From Candidatus Latescibacterota bacterium (GTDB lineage: Bacteria > Latescibacterota > UBA2968): a stretch of 64,000 bases of DNA. Location of the stretch: positions 4,448,001 to 4,512,000 of the forward strand of contig OZ242195.1 of the NCBI GenBank assembly GCA_965205975.1, in the 5' to 3' direction. The translations under genes and the position numbers were made by a program. Shown here in pieces: positions 26,191 to 35,675 of this stretch; position 1 is the first letter of the stretch; each line of letters begins with the position of its first letter. The notes beneath the pieces were generated by a model. That model saw only the letters and a list, made by a program, of their open reading frames with translations. It was not told the DNA's origin and made no database searches.

Positions 26191-28650
26191 ATGAACAATT
26201 CCGATCGTCCAATCCGCAAGTTCAATCCGGGGACGTTTCAGTCCGACGAGGAGGTGATTGATCAGTTCGCGGTGAGGAAACACGAACTCGATACGGTGCT
26301 TGGGGTGCTGCGTAGGAATATCGGTTCACCATCGTGCCAGCACGTTCTGATGGTCGCGCCTCGGGGTCGGGGAAAGACGATGTTGCTCGCGCGCGTCTCG
26401 GCGGAGTTGAATGCTGATGGCGAGTTTTCCAGGTGTTTTTTGCCGGTTCGGTTTATGGAGGAGAGTCACGAGATATTCGATCTCGCAGATTTTTGGCTCG
26501 AGACGCTGTTTTATCTCGCGCGGGAGAGCGTCAGGCACGATTCCGCGCTCGCACAGGAACTGCGAGAGGCGCACGCCGATCTGACCAATCACTGGGATGA
26601 GGAGGCGCTCGCGGATCGCGCTCGTGCCGCTGTTCTGGACGCGGCGGACCGATTGGGCAAAAAACTCGTTCTTATGGTGGAAAATCTGCAGGTGCTCTGC
26701 GAAGATGTGGATGACGATTTTGGCTGGCAGTTGCGCGGCGTGTTGGAGTCCGAGCCTCGGATCGTGCTGCTCGCCACTGCGACGAGTCGCTTTGCGGGTC
26801 TGGAAAATGCGGCGGAGCCGTTTTTTGAGTTTTTCCGAATAGTCGATCTGGAACCGCTGAGTACCGAGGACTGTTGTCGTCTGTGGGAGATGGTCAGCGG
26901 CGATGCGGTGACTGAACAGGAGATCAGGCCGCTCGAGATCCTGACCGGTGGCAATCCCCGTCTTCTAATTATGGTTGCCGAGTTCGCGCAGCACAGGTCG
27001 TTGCGCCAGTTGATGGAAGAACTGGTGACGCTGATTGACGAGCATACCGAGTATTTTCGCGGTTATCTGGAGGCTTTGCCTAGGAGCGAGCGCCGCGTGT
27101 ATCTCGCGTTGATTGATTTTTGGCGACCGTCGAGTACGAGCGAGATCGCGGCGCGGGCGCGTATGGGGGTTCGGCCCGTATCGACTATGCTCGGTCGGCT
27201 TGTGAACAGGGGTGCGGTCGTCGTGGAGGGGGCCGGCAGGAAGCGATTGTACGCCGCAGGGGAACCTCTCTATAGCATCTATTACAAGTTGCGGCGCGAG
27301 CGCGACGAGGCGACAGTTATGAGGCGTCTGATCCATTTCATGATGGCGTTCTACGGGATAGGCGAGTTGTACCAGATGTCTGGTCGGCTGAGTTTGGAGG
27401 CGGCGGAGTCAAAGGTTATTCGCGAGGGGATTGAGCGTGCGCTCGTCGAACCACCGGACGTTGAGGACAGTTTTTTACGCGTGGCAGGGTCGGCTGTCGA
27501 ATATATATCGGACAGGGCGACGGCAAATGCGCCATTCACAGCGGAACTGCGTTTAAAAGAGGAGATCCAAACGGCGCTCGATGAGAAAGAATTTGAAAGG
27601 ATTATCGAGATTGGTGACCATTTTATCGCTTCAGGAAGCGTGGATGCATCTCTGATGCCAGAGTCTCTGCTTGCCTACATATTGCATATGAGGGCTATTG
27701 CTTATGAAAAATTGGAGGATTTCCAGGGGGTGGTCGCGGTTTGCGATGAGATGGTTGAGCATTTCGACGACGCGAGCGACCATACACTCCTGGCGCGTAT
27801 GGCCCGCGTATTGATCCACGGGGCAAGAGCGCGATATGAACTCGGAGAGTTGGGGTTGGTGATGTCGGCATATGAGGAGGTGATTGAGCGTTTTGGTTCC
27901 AGCGACGCGCCCGATTTCCAGTTTCCGGTCGCTCTGGCGCTGTTAAAAAAGGGAGATTTGCAAGTTCAACAGAGAGAGTTGGGGCTGGCGGTGTCTGTAT
28001 ATGAAGAGGTGATTGCCCGCTTTGGCTCCAGTGATGCATCGGGGATTCAGCTTTTGGTCGCCTGGTCGTTGTCCCAAAAGGGAGATTTGCAAGCCCAACT
28101 GGGAGAGTTGGCGCTGGCAGTATCTGCGTATGAGGAAGTGATCGCGCGTTTTGGTTCAAGCGATGTGCCAGCGATCCGGGTTCTGGTCGCCTGGTCGTTG
28201 TCCCAAAAGGGTATGATACAAATTAAGGTGGGGCGTATGAAAGAAGCTATGCTCATAAGTGAAGAGCTTGAGGGAAGACTCGGTGCGTTGGCTGACGATG
28301 AGAAGGTGGTGTTTGTATGGCGAGCAAGGTATGTCCATGCTTTGGCACTGCTGCTAAGGAACAGACTACGGATGGCTATGGATGTGTTTCAGTCGGCGTA
28401 TGCGGTGTTCTTATCTGACAACGAAACGATGATGTATGAGATGCTACAACTCGTGCCCGATTTGATCGCAAATGGTGCCTCGGAGCCTGATCTTGTCGAT
28501 ATTCTCCTGTCCAGGGGGAAATCCGATGTGTTGGAACCTCTTATTGTTGCCTTACGACAGCGTTCCGGCGAGGTGGTTCGTGCGCCTGTGGAGGTTCTTG
28601 AGGTGGCAAGGGATATTAACAAGCGTATTGAATTTTTCCGAAATGTATGA
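26191..28650 (+). CDS. STAND-like NTPase-wHTH-TPR protein (large subunit, paralog 2)
   Basis: Close paralog of 23360..25948 (KFNPGT, APRGRGKT, YYKLRRERDEA); four 43-aa repeats. Confidence 0.85.
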   Translation: MNNSDRPIRKFNPGTFQSDEEVIDQFAVRKHELDTVLGVLRRNIGSPSCQHVLMVAPRGRGKTMLLARVSAELNADGEFSRCFLPVRFMEESHEIFDLADFWLETLFYLARESVRHDSALAQELREAHADLTNHWDEEALADRARAAVLDAADRLGKKLVLMVENLQVLCEDVDDDFGWQLRGVLESEPRIVLLATATSRFAGLENAAEPFFEFFRIVDLEPLSTEDCCRLWEMVSGDAVTEQEIRPLEILTGGNPRLLIMVAEFAQHRSLRQLMEELVTLIDEHTEYFRGYLEALPRSERRVYLALIDFWRPSSTSEIAARARMGVRPVSTMLGRLVNRGAVVVEGAGRKRLYAAGEPLYSIYYKLRRERDEATVMRRLIHFMMAFYGIGELYQMSGRLSLEAAESKVIREGIERALVEPPDVEDSFLRVAGSAVEYISDRATANAPFTAELRLKEEIQTALDEKEFERIIEIGDHFIASGSVDASLMPESLLAYILHMRAIAYEKLEDFQGVVAVCDEMVEHFDDASDHTLLARMARVLIHGARARYELGELGLVMSAYEEVIERFGSSDAPDFQFPVALALLKKGDLQVQQRELGLAVSVYEEVIARFGSSDASGIQLLVAWSLSQKGDLQAQLGELALAVSAYEEVIARFGSSDVPAIRVLVAWSLSQKGMIQIKVGRMKEAMLISEELEGRLGALADDEKVVFVWRARYVHALALLLRNRLRMAMDVFQSAYAVFLSDNETMMYEMLQLVPDLIANGASEPDLVDILLSRGKSDVLEPLIVALRQRSGEVVRAPVEVLEVARDINKRIEFFRNV

Positions 28651-28762
28651 AGACATTAAAATGCATTAAGACATAATCTGGATGCGTGATCTTGCTTTTT
28701 GCCATTTCCGTCTTATTTTCCCAAAAACAAACGATTGTAAATGTGGGAAGAAGGGAAAAAGA

Positions 28763-30081
28763 ATGGCTGAGCAGGTCAGCATGACGGTTCTGGTGATCGA
28801 TGACGATGCACATATCCGAACTGCTATTGGAAAGTTTCTCATTGCGAGAGGTCATACGGTTATCGAAGCGGCAGATGGCGAAAAGGGTGTAGAGGTGGTG
28901 GAGAGCCAGGCTGTGGATATTGTGATTACGGATGTGAAGATGCCTAAGATGGATGGGTTTGAAGTGCTTCGGCAGGTGCAGTCTATCTCTCCTGAGACCG
29001 AGGTGATTGTGATTACGGGTGTGAAAGAGGCCGAGAATGCGTTTCGCGCGTTGCGAGAAGGGGCGTTTGATTTCTTTAACAAGCCTTTCAAGGTGGAGGA
29101 GTTGAATGCGGCTATCCGACGCACTGTGCGCTACCAGGCGCTTCGAAAAGAGAAGGATAGGGTTCAGGCGAGGCTGGATAGGATGGAGGCACAGGAGCGA
29201 GAAAAGAGCGGTTTGAATGCGATTATAGGGGAAAGTGAGGCGGTTGTGAAGATGAAGGCGCAGATCCGACAGGTGGCTGCGACTGATTATACGACGGTGC
29301 TAATTGTTGGGGAGACGGGTACGGGGAAGGAACTGGTTGCGCGAGCTGTGCATAGCGAGAGCAATCGCGCTGGCGGTCCATTTGTTGCTGTGAATTGTTC
29401 TGCGATTTTGATCTGGCAGATGGGGGTACGCTGTTTCTGGATGAGATTGGGGATATGCCGCTGGATATGCAGGTGCGCCTGTTGCGAACTCTGGAGGATC
29501 GATGCATCAGACCCGTGGGGAGTAGTCGTGAGATAGCTGTGGATGTGCGCGTGGTTGCAGCGACTAATAGAGTGCTTAGTGTAGCGGTGCGGGAAGGGTC
29601 TTTTAGAGAGGATTTGTATTACAGGCTGAATGTGTTCGCGATTCAGGTGCCGCCGTTGCGCGAGCGAGCGGGGGATGTTCTGTTTTTGGCGCGGCACTTT
29701 TTGGCTGGTTATGCCCGCGATTTGCGAAAGCCGTTGATGGGGTTTTCAGAGGAGGCTGAGGATTTGCACCAGCAGCAGGTGTTTCCGGGCAATGTTCGCA
29801 TGCTGAAGAATGCGGTTGAGCGGGCTGCTATTTTGTGCGGGGATGGGGAGATTGAAGCGGATGATCTGGGTTTTGAGCTATTTGAGGGTGGTTCGACCAG
29901 TGGCGTTGAACATGTGGTGCAGAGCCTATCCGGGAATCAGATGAATTTGTCCGCATTTGAGAAGGCACTGCTTTGTGAGGCGTTGCAGCGAACAGAGGGG
30001 AACCAGGTTCAGGCAGCCGCGCTTCTGGGTATTTCGCGGATGGTGCTGAGGAATAGGATGAAGAGGTATGGGTTGGTTTGA
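28763..30081 (+). pseudogene. NtrC-family sigma-54 response regulator with an internal deletion and frameshift at ~29407
   Basis: Receiver (DD, DVKMP), GETGTGKE and VNCSAI, then a frame switch straight to [27 protein letters not shown] absent; Fis-type HTH at the end. Confidence 0.85.
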
Positions 30082-30154
30082 TGCAGAAGCCGTTTCCGCG
30101 CCTTATGATATGTCTCCCAGTGTGCGAATGTATAAAATCACACATGTGCGCGTT

Positions 30155-30773
30155 TCAGTGTTTCGATTTTTTTCTTTTTTCTGTAAGTTTTTGTTCCATT
30201 TGTCTCCGTTCAAGATAGTGAATTGGTGGATAAGTCATTTTTAAAATTTCCAGTTTTTCACAAATTCTCAATATTTTCTCCGATAGATTTTTTACGCGTT
30301 CTGATAAATTTTGAGGGACAAGCCGAAGCCGCGCAATATTCCCTTTTTGGGCAAATTGAAATTTCAATGACTGGGGGTAATGGTGATCGCATTGGGAGTT
30401 TCGTGTCTGGGGGAGAATGTATCAGATGCTTTGAGCTGTCCAGATACAAAACTGTTTTCGGGGATCTGATTTACCAGTTGCTCCCAGGTTTCGTCTTTCA
30501 ATTTGAGCGTCTGCTTAACAGATAGCCTTTCTCCAGGAGATCCGGTTTTGATTCTGTATTTCGCGCTGCCTGGGAAGATACAGGTAGCGGGATAGAAACA
30601 AATGGGAGCACGCGACCGATATAACTGCGCGCCAAATCTATATCTGGGAGCACGTTTCCTATGATGGCGCATGTGACCGCGGGAGGTTGCGGTGCAGAGG
30701 CAGGAAAAGAGCGAAAAGGATCCCGCTACTGTGAACAGGCCAAAGGCGATGTGTGTGCGGGTGCTGTCATCAT
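30155..30773 (-). pseudogene. Degraded YdjM-like metal-dependent membrane hydrolase
   Basis: Pieces in different frames: MTAP/THIAFGLF, AIIGNVLPDIDLARSYIGRVLPF and RIKTGSPGE; the HRxxTHS segment is missing. The 3' end is uncertain. Confidence 0.6.
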
Positions 30774-30952
30774 TCTTGAATGGCGGCACATCCGGGAAGT
30801 ACTTTTTTTGAGCTATTTGTTGAGTGTGAGGTGCGCCCCAATAGTTGAACCGGTATAAAGGCTGTAACATTGGGTATCAGCTTTGCACATATCTGCAATT
30901 TACTCGAAAAAAACAGGGGTTTGCAATGGCGTTTTGAGTATGCGAATGAGTC

Positions 30953-31753
30953 TTACCACACAATTTCGTGGGCGTTGACGACGGGTCCTTCGAGGCAGAC
31001 GCAGCGATAGCGGCGGTCTTCGGTAGGATATGTTTTGTATTCGACTACACATCCGACACAGGCGCCAAAACCGCAGGCCATGTGGTTTTCGAGGGAGGCA
31101 AAGCAGGGGGTGTTTAATTCGGCGGCGATGTGGGCTACGCGCGCCATCATGGGATGCGGACCACAGGTGAGGATGGTCGTGTGGTTTGAGAGGGTGTGTT
31201 CGGCAATGAGTTCTGTGACAAAACCTCGGTGTCCCACACTGCCGTCATCGGTGGCGATGTGGAGGGATAGATCAGCGGGTAAGAGTGTGGACATGTCGGG
31301 CAGACGCGCGGCGTTTGCTGAGCCCATGAGGTAGATCATGTCGGGACGGCGATCGGGGTGTTCCCACGCCAAAAATGCGAGGGGGACGAGGCCGACGCCA
31401 CCGGCGACGAGGAGGATGCGTTTGGTTTCTGGGGGAGCGAAAGGGTTGCCCAGTGGTCCGCTGATATCAAATGGGTCGCCGCATTGGGCAGCGGATAAGC
31501 GTTCGGTGCCGGGTCCGATGACGTCGTAGATGAGGTCGAGCCAGCCTGCTTTGCGGTCTGCGCGCAATACGCTGAAGGGACGGCGAAGATATGGCGAGAG
31601 ACCCGGATCAGTCAGGATTTGCAGAAATTGCGCTGGGCGAGAAGTGGTTGCGAGCCGGGGCGCGTGCAGGCGCATGAGATATACGCCCTGTGCAATGGGT
31701 TCATTTTTTTGTACGATGGCAGATTCGGAGATGAAGTGTGGGATTTCGGGCAT
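30953..31753 (-). CDS. pyrK: Dihydroorotate dehydrogenase electron transfer subunit
   Basis: LRRPFS, GPLGN, AGGVGLVP, CGP and MACGFGACVGC...VCLEGPV. Confidence 0.92.
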   Translation of the reverse strand: MPEIPHFISESAIVQKNEPIAQGVYLMRLHAPRLATTSRPAQFLQILTDPGLSPYLRRPFSVLRADRKAGWLDLIYDVIGPGTERLSAAQCGDPFDISGPLGNPFAPPETKRILLVAGGVGLVPLAFLAWEHPDRRPDMIYLMGSANAARLPDMSTLLPADLSLHIATDDGSVGHRGFVTELIAEHTLSNHTTILTCGPHPMMARVAHIAAELNTPCFASLENHMACGFGACVGCVVEYKTYPTEDRRYRCVCLEGPVVNAHEIVW

Positions 31754-31756
31754 TAT

Positions 31757-33856
31757 CTACTCTGGCGGTTCAAAATAGATGGATATGTCTATCCACATGT
31801 CGCGCGGCACGTCTTCGTGTATTCCAGGTTCAAAGGTGTATTGCTGTACGGCTTTTACTGCGGCGCTGTGAAATAATTCGGGTCCAGAGGTTACATGGAC
31901 TTCGCCCACGCTGCCATTTTTTAAGATCAGCAAGCGCAGGATGACTGTGGCGGGTTTGCCATCGGCTCTGGCTTCTTTGGGGTATTCGGGTTCGATTTCT
32001 TCTACGATCTGAGGTTCTTCGTCGGCATCTACGGCTTCCATTATACCGCCTCCGATAATGACATCGGGTTTGAAGGCGGGTTTTGGGGAGGGTGTTTTTT
32101 GCGTTCTGAGCTTTGATATATCAGGCGGGGTATCCGTTGTATCAGATCGCGTTGTGTCGGGCTGGGTATCCGACGGTTGCGTTTGGGTGGAGTCTGCTGG
32201 TTCGGGCGGGGGGTCGAGAAATTTGCCTTTGAGTTTGTCGGTTGCAATTTTGCCGTATTGTGTCAGGGGATATCGCTCCTGCACTTGTTCGTAAATGGTT
32301 TTTGCCTGTTCGCGTTGGTCCAGGTCGTTTTCATAGGTCCAGGCGAGGGCAAAAAGTGCCTTTGGAGCAAAGAGACTATTGGGATATTCGTCGGCTATTT
32401 GTCGATAGATGGGTGCGATATCCCGTGTGGGTGTGCCTTCTGCGATGAGGTTTTCTGCTTCGAGAAATCGCGTTTCTGCCAGGTCATCATCGGCGTGTTT
32501 TTGATTGAGGCGCGTCCTGGCTCTAATGGCATAAGGCGTGTTGGGGTATTGGTCGAGGAGCAGTTGGAAGTGTTCGCGCGCTGCGGTTTCGTTTTTCAGG
32601 CTGTCGGCATAAATAAGTCCGATGGCATAACGCACTTTGGGTGCCAGGTCAGTTGTGTCGGTCAGGCTCAATACGCGCTGGTAAATGCTCAGGGCTGAAT
32701 CGGGCTCGGCGAGATTAAAGAGGTATAGTTCGGCGAGATCAAAAAGCGGTTCCAATGCTTTTTGCGGGTCTTCGGCTTTTTCGGCTTGTGTTGTATAGCG
32801 TTCGAGTGCTACGAGGTCTTTTTGCCGTTGCAAAGCGAGTTTGCCCTCGTCCGAATTTCGATCTTCGCGAACAGCTTTTTCAAATAGTTCTTTGGCTTTT
32901 TCCAGGTTTTTACGCGATTTTTGTTCGATGAGGCCCAGGCGATAAAACGCTTCTGCGCTGTATTCGCTACGGGGGTATTTTTTTCCGACATCACTGTAAA
33001 TTTCTTCCGCAGTGTCAACTTGATCTTTCAGTTGGTATATAAGCGCCTGTTTGAGGCGGATTTCGGCTTCGTAAATGCGAAGTCGTTTGATTTTTAATAT
33101 TTTCTGGTACGTGTCCAAAGCCTCGTCGTATTTCTGCTGGCGCTCGAGGGTTTCGCCAATTTTGACGCGGGTTTCAAAATTTGTTCTGGTATCGGGTTTT
33201 GATTTTAGCACGTTTTCGTAGGCGTCAAGCGCTTCATCGTATCGGTTTAATTCGAGGAGGTTATTGCCCACGCCTTGCCAGGCCCGCGCGCGCAATTTGT
33301 GCTTTTTGTCGAGTGTTTCGAGTAGTGTCTTATAGGATATAATCGCGTCTTCTCTATTGCCCTGCGAGGCTTCCATTTCCGCGAGTGCCAAATTTGATAG
33401 GCCGTACAACTCCGGATCGGTTTTTTTGTCGAAAAGAGAAAATGTAGTCCGCGCTTCATTGGTGCGGTTCATTGCCCAGAGTGCGAGGCCCTGCCAGTAG
33501 CGCGTTTCGGGGATTAGTTCACTTTGTGGGAAGAGTTTTTGCAGTTCTTGAAATTTGGTCAGTGCTTCGGCGTAGTCTGCGCGCCAATAAGACGCTTTGC
33601 CGATGAGTAGCAGACTGTCGTCGAACCATTTGCTATCGGGAAAGTATTTGAGCACGATGGATGCTTTGACAATGGCCCGCTGGTAGAGCGCGCGATAGGT
33701 CGCGGACGTTATTCGGCTGCCGGGATTTTCGGATTCGACGCGTTTTAGTTCGGCAATATTGTACTGTTGTTTGGCATTGTAAAAGGTGTTGTAGTACACA
33801 CTTTTGCAAGCCAGACAGAGGAAGCAGAGGGATGTGATGTAGATGAGACGAGACAT
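31757..33856 (-). CDS. TPR-rich lipoprotein with a C-terminal TonB-C domain
   Basis: Lipobox LAC, YYNTFYNA, many TPRs, Pro/Thr linker, then EPEYPKEARADG...AAVKAVQQYTFEPG. Confidence 0.8.
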   Translation of the reverse strand: MSRLIYITSLCFLCLACKSVYYNTFYNAKQQYNIAELKRVESENPGSRITSATYRALYQRAIVKASIVLKYFPDSKWFDDSLLLIGKASYWRADYAEALTKFQELQKLFPQSELIPETRYWQGLALWAMNRTNEARTTFSLFDKKTDPELYGLSNLALAEMEASQGNREDAIISYKTLLETLDKKHKLRARAWQGVGNNLLELNRYDEALDAYENVLKSKPDTRTNFETRVKIGETLERQQKYDEALDTYQKILKIKRLRIYEAEIRLKQALIYQLKDQVDTAEEIYSDVGKKYPRSEYSAEAFYRLGLIEQKSRKNLEKAKELFEKAVREDRNSDEGKLALQRQKDLVALERYTTQAEKAEDPQKALEPLFDLAELYLFNLAEPDSALSIYQRVLSLTDTTDLAPKVRYAIGLIYADSLKNETAAREHFQLLLDQYPNTPYAIRARTRLNQKHADDDLAETRFLEAENLIAEGTPTRDIAPIYRQIADEYPNSLFAPKALFALAWTYENDLDQREQAKTIYEQVQERYPLTQYGKIATDKLKGKFLDPPPEPADSTQTQPSDTQPDTTRSDTTDTPPDISKLRTQKTPSPKPAFKPDVIIGGGIMEAVDADEEPQIVEEIEPEYPKEARADGKPATVILRLLILKNGSVGEVHVTSGPELFHSAAVKAVQQYTFEPGIHEDVPRDMWIDISIYFEPPE

Positions 33857-33861
33857 GGGAG

Positions 33862-35673
33862 TTAAGGAGTATGAAAGTCCTGGAGTGAACGGATGCGAAT
33901 TGCGCTGTTGTTTTTGAGCGATTGAATGCCGGCAACAGCCGCCGCCGCGCCCGATAAGGTGGTTGTGTAGGGCAGGCCGTATTGAACGGCGGCCTTGCGA
34001 ATTTCGGGGTCGGCGGCTTGAGATTGTTCTCCTGCGGGCGTGTTGATCATGAGAGAAATTTCGCCGTTTTTGATGGCGTCGAGGATATTTGGGCGCCCTT
34101 CCTGAATTTTGAAGATCAGGTTGCAGGCTATGTTGTGGTTTTGGAGAAAGGCGCGAGTGCCTCGGGTGGCAATCAGGCGAAAGTTCATGTCGGATAGTTG
34201 TTGGGCAATCGGTATAAGTCCTTCTTTGTCGTGGTCGTTGACGCTCAAAAATACGGTTCCGTCCTGGGGCAGGCGCACGCCTGCACCGAGTTGCGCTTTT
34301 TGAAAGCTGAGGCCAAAGTCGGTATCTATGCCCATGACTTCGCCAGTGGATTTCATTTCGGGACCGAGTACGGTGTCAACGCCGGGAAATTTGTTGAAGG
34401 GCAAGACGGCTTCTTTGACGGCAATGTGGTTGATGGGCACTTCTCGGGTAAAGCCCTGTTCTTTGAGTGTGCGTCCGACCATTGCGCGGACAGCGACTTT
34501 GGCAAGGGGCACGCCAATGGCTTTGCTGACAAAGGGCACTGTGCGCGATGCCCTGGGGTTGACTTCTATAATAAATACGTCTTCGCCTTGAATGGCAAAC
34601 TGAATGTTCATGAGGCCAACGACGTTGAGTGCTCTGGCCAAGGCGCGCGTGTGGCTTCGCAGCTCATTGAGGTTGGCGTCGGAGATCTGATACGGGGGCA
34701 AGACGCAGGCACTATCGCCAGAGTGTACGCCCGCGCTTTCGATGTGTTGCATGATGCCGCCGATGACGACTGCTGTTGGATCTGCTACGGCATCGACATC
34801 AAATTCGTGTGCGTCTTCTAAAAATCGGTCGATGAGGATGGGGCGTTCAGGAGAGGCTTCTATTGCATTGCGCATATAGGCGATGAGGGCGTCGCGGTCA
34901 TATACAATTGCCATTGCGCGACCCCCGAGTACGTAAGAGGGGCGCACGAGAACTGGATATCCGATTTGTTCGGCTATGGCGATTGCTTCATCGGTGCTTA
35001 CTGCAGTGCCGTTTTCGGGTTGTCGTATGCCCAGTTTTTTGATGAGTGCGCCAAAGCGTTTGCGATCTTCGGCCAGGTCAATGGCGTCGGGCGATGTGCC
35101 GGCGATGTTGAGGCCCCCGCGTTCGAGGTCGCGCGCGAGGTTGAGTGGTGTTTGTCCGCCGAATTGAACGATGACGCCGTCGGGTTGTTCAATATCGGCA
35201 ATGCTGAGTACGTCTTCGGCAGTGAGTGGTTCAAAGTAGAGTTTGTCAGATGTGTCGTAGTCGGTGGAGACGGTTTCGGGGTTGGAATTGACCATGATGG
35301 TCTCATAGCCGTCTTCTTTGAGAGCATAGGAGGCGTGACAACAACAATAGTCGAATTCGATGCCCTGTCCAATGCGATTGGGACCGCCGCCCAGGATCAT
35401 GATTTTTTGGCGATCGGATCGTATGGCTTCGTTGTCTGTCTCATAGGTCGAATAGTGATACGGTGTATAGGCTTCAAATTCGGCCGCGCATGTATCTACG
35501 GTTTTGAATACGGGCGCGACGCCGAGTTCTTTTCGCAGGGCGCGAACAGTCCATTCGTCACTTTGCCACAGGTGTGCCAGTTGGCGGTCAGAGAAGCCGT
35601 GGCGTTTGGCTTTGAGCAGGTCTGCGCGAGAGATACGCGATTTTAAGTCGTTGAGTGTGTGCTGTTTTGTCAT
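33862..35673 (-). CDS. carB: Carbamoyl-phosphate synthase large subunit, C-terminal half
   Basis: VFKTVDTCAAEF, GGGPNRIGQGIEFDYCC, RPSYVLGG, EVNPRASRTVP and MGS domain. Confidence 0.95.
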   Translation of the reverse strand: MTKQHTLNDLKSRISRADLLKAKRHGFSDRQLAHLWQSDEWTVRALRKELGVAPVFKTVDTCAAEFEAYTPYHYSTYETDNEAIRSDRQKIMILGGGPNRIGQGIEFDYCCCHASYALKEDGYETIMVNSNPETVSTDYDTSDKLYFEPLTAEDVLSIADIEQPDGVIVQFGGQTPLNLARDLERGGLNIAGTSPDAIDLAEDRKRFGALIKKLGIRQPENGTAVSTDEAIAIAEQIGYPVLVRPSYVLGGRAMAIVYDRDALIAYMRNAIEASPERPILIDRFLEDAHEFDVDAVADPTAVVIGGIMQHIESAGVHSGDSACVLPPYQISDANLNELRSHTRALARALNVVGLMNIQFAIQGEDVFIIEVNPRASRTVPFVSKAIGVPLAKVAVRAMVGRTLKEQGFTREVPINHIAVKEAVLPFNKFPGVDTVLGPEMKSTGEVMGIDTDFGLSFQKAQLGAGVRLPQDGTVFLSVNDHDKEGLIPIAQQLSDMNFRLIATRGTRAFLQNHNIACNLIFKIQEGRPNILDAIKNGEISLMINTPAGEQSQAADPEIRKAAVQYGLPYTTTLSGAAAAVAGIQSLKNNSAIRIRSLQDFHTP

Positions 35674-35675
35674 AG

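Noticed and set aside
30129..30144. TGT-N10-ACA enhancer-like site after the NtrC pseudogene
   Set aside because: A single short match with no sigma-54 promoter found nearby.
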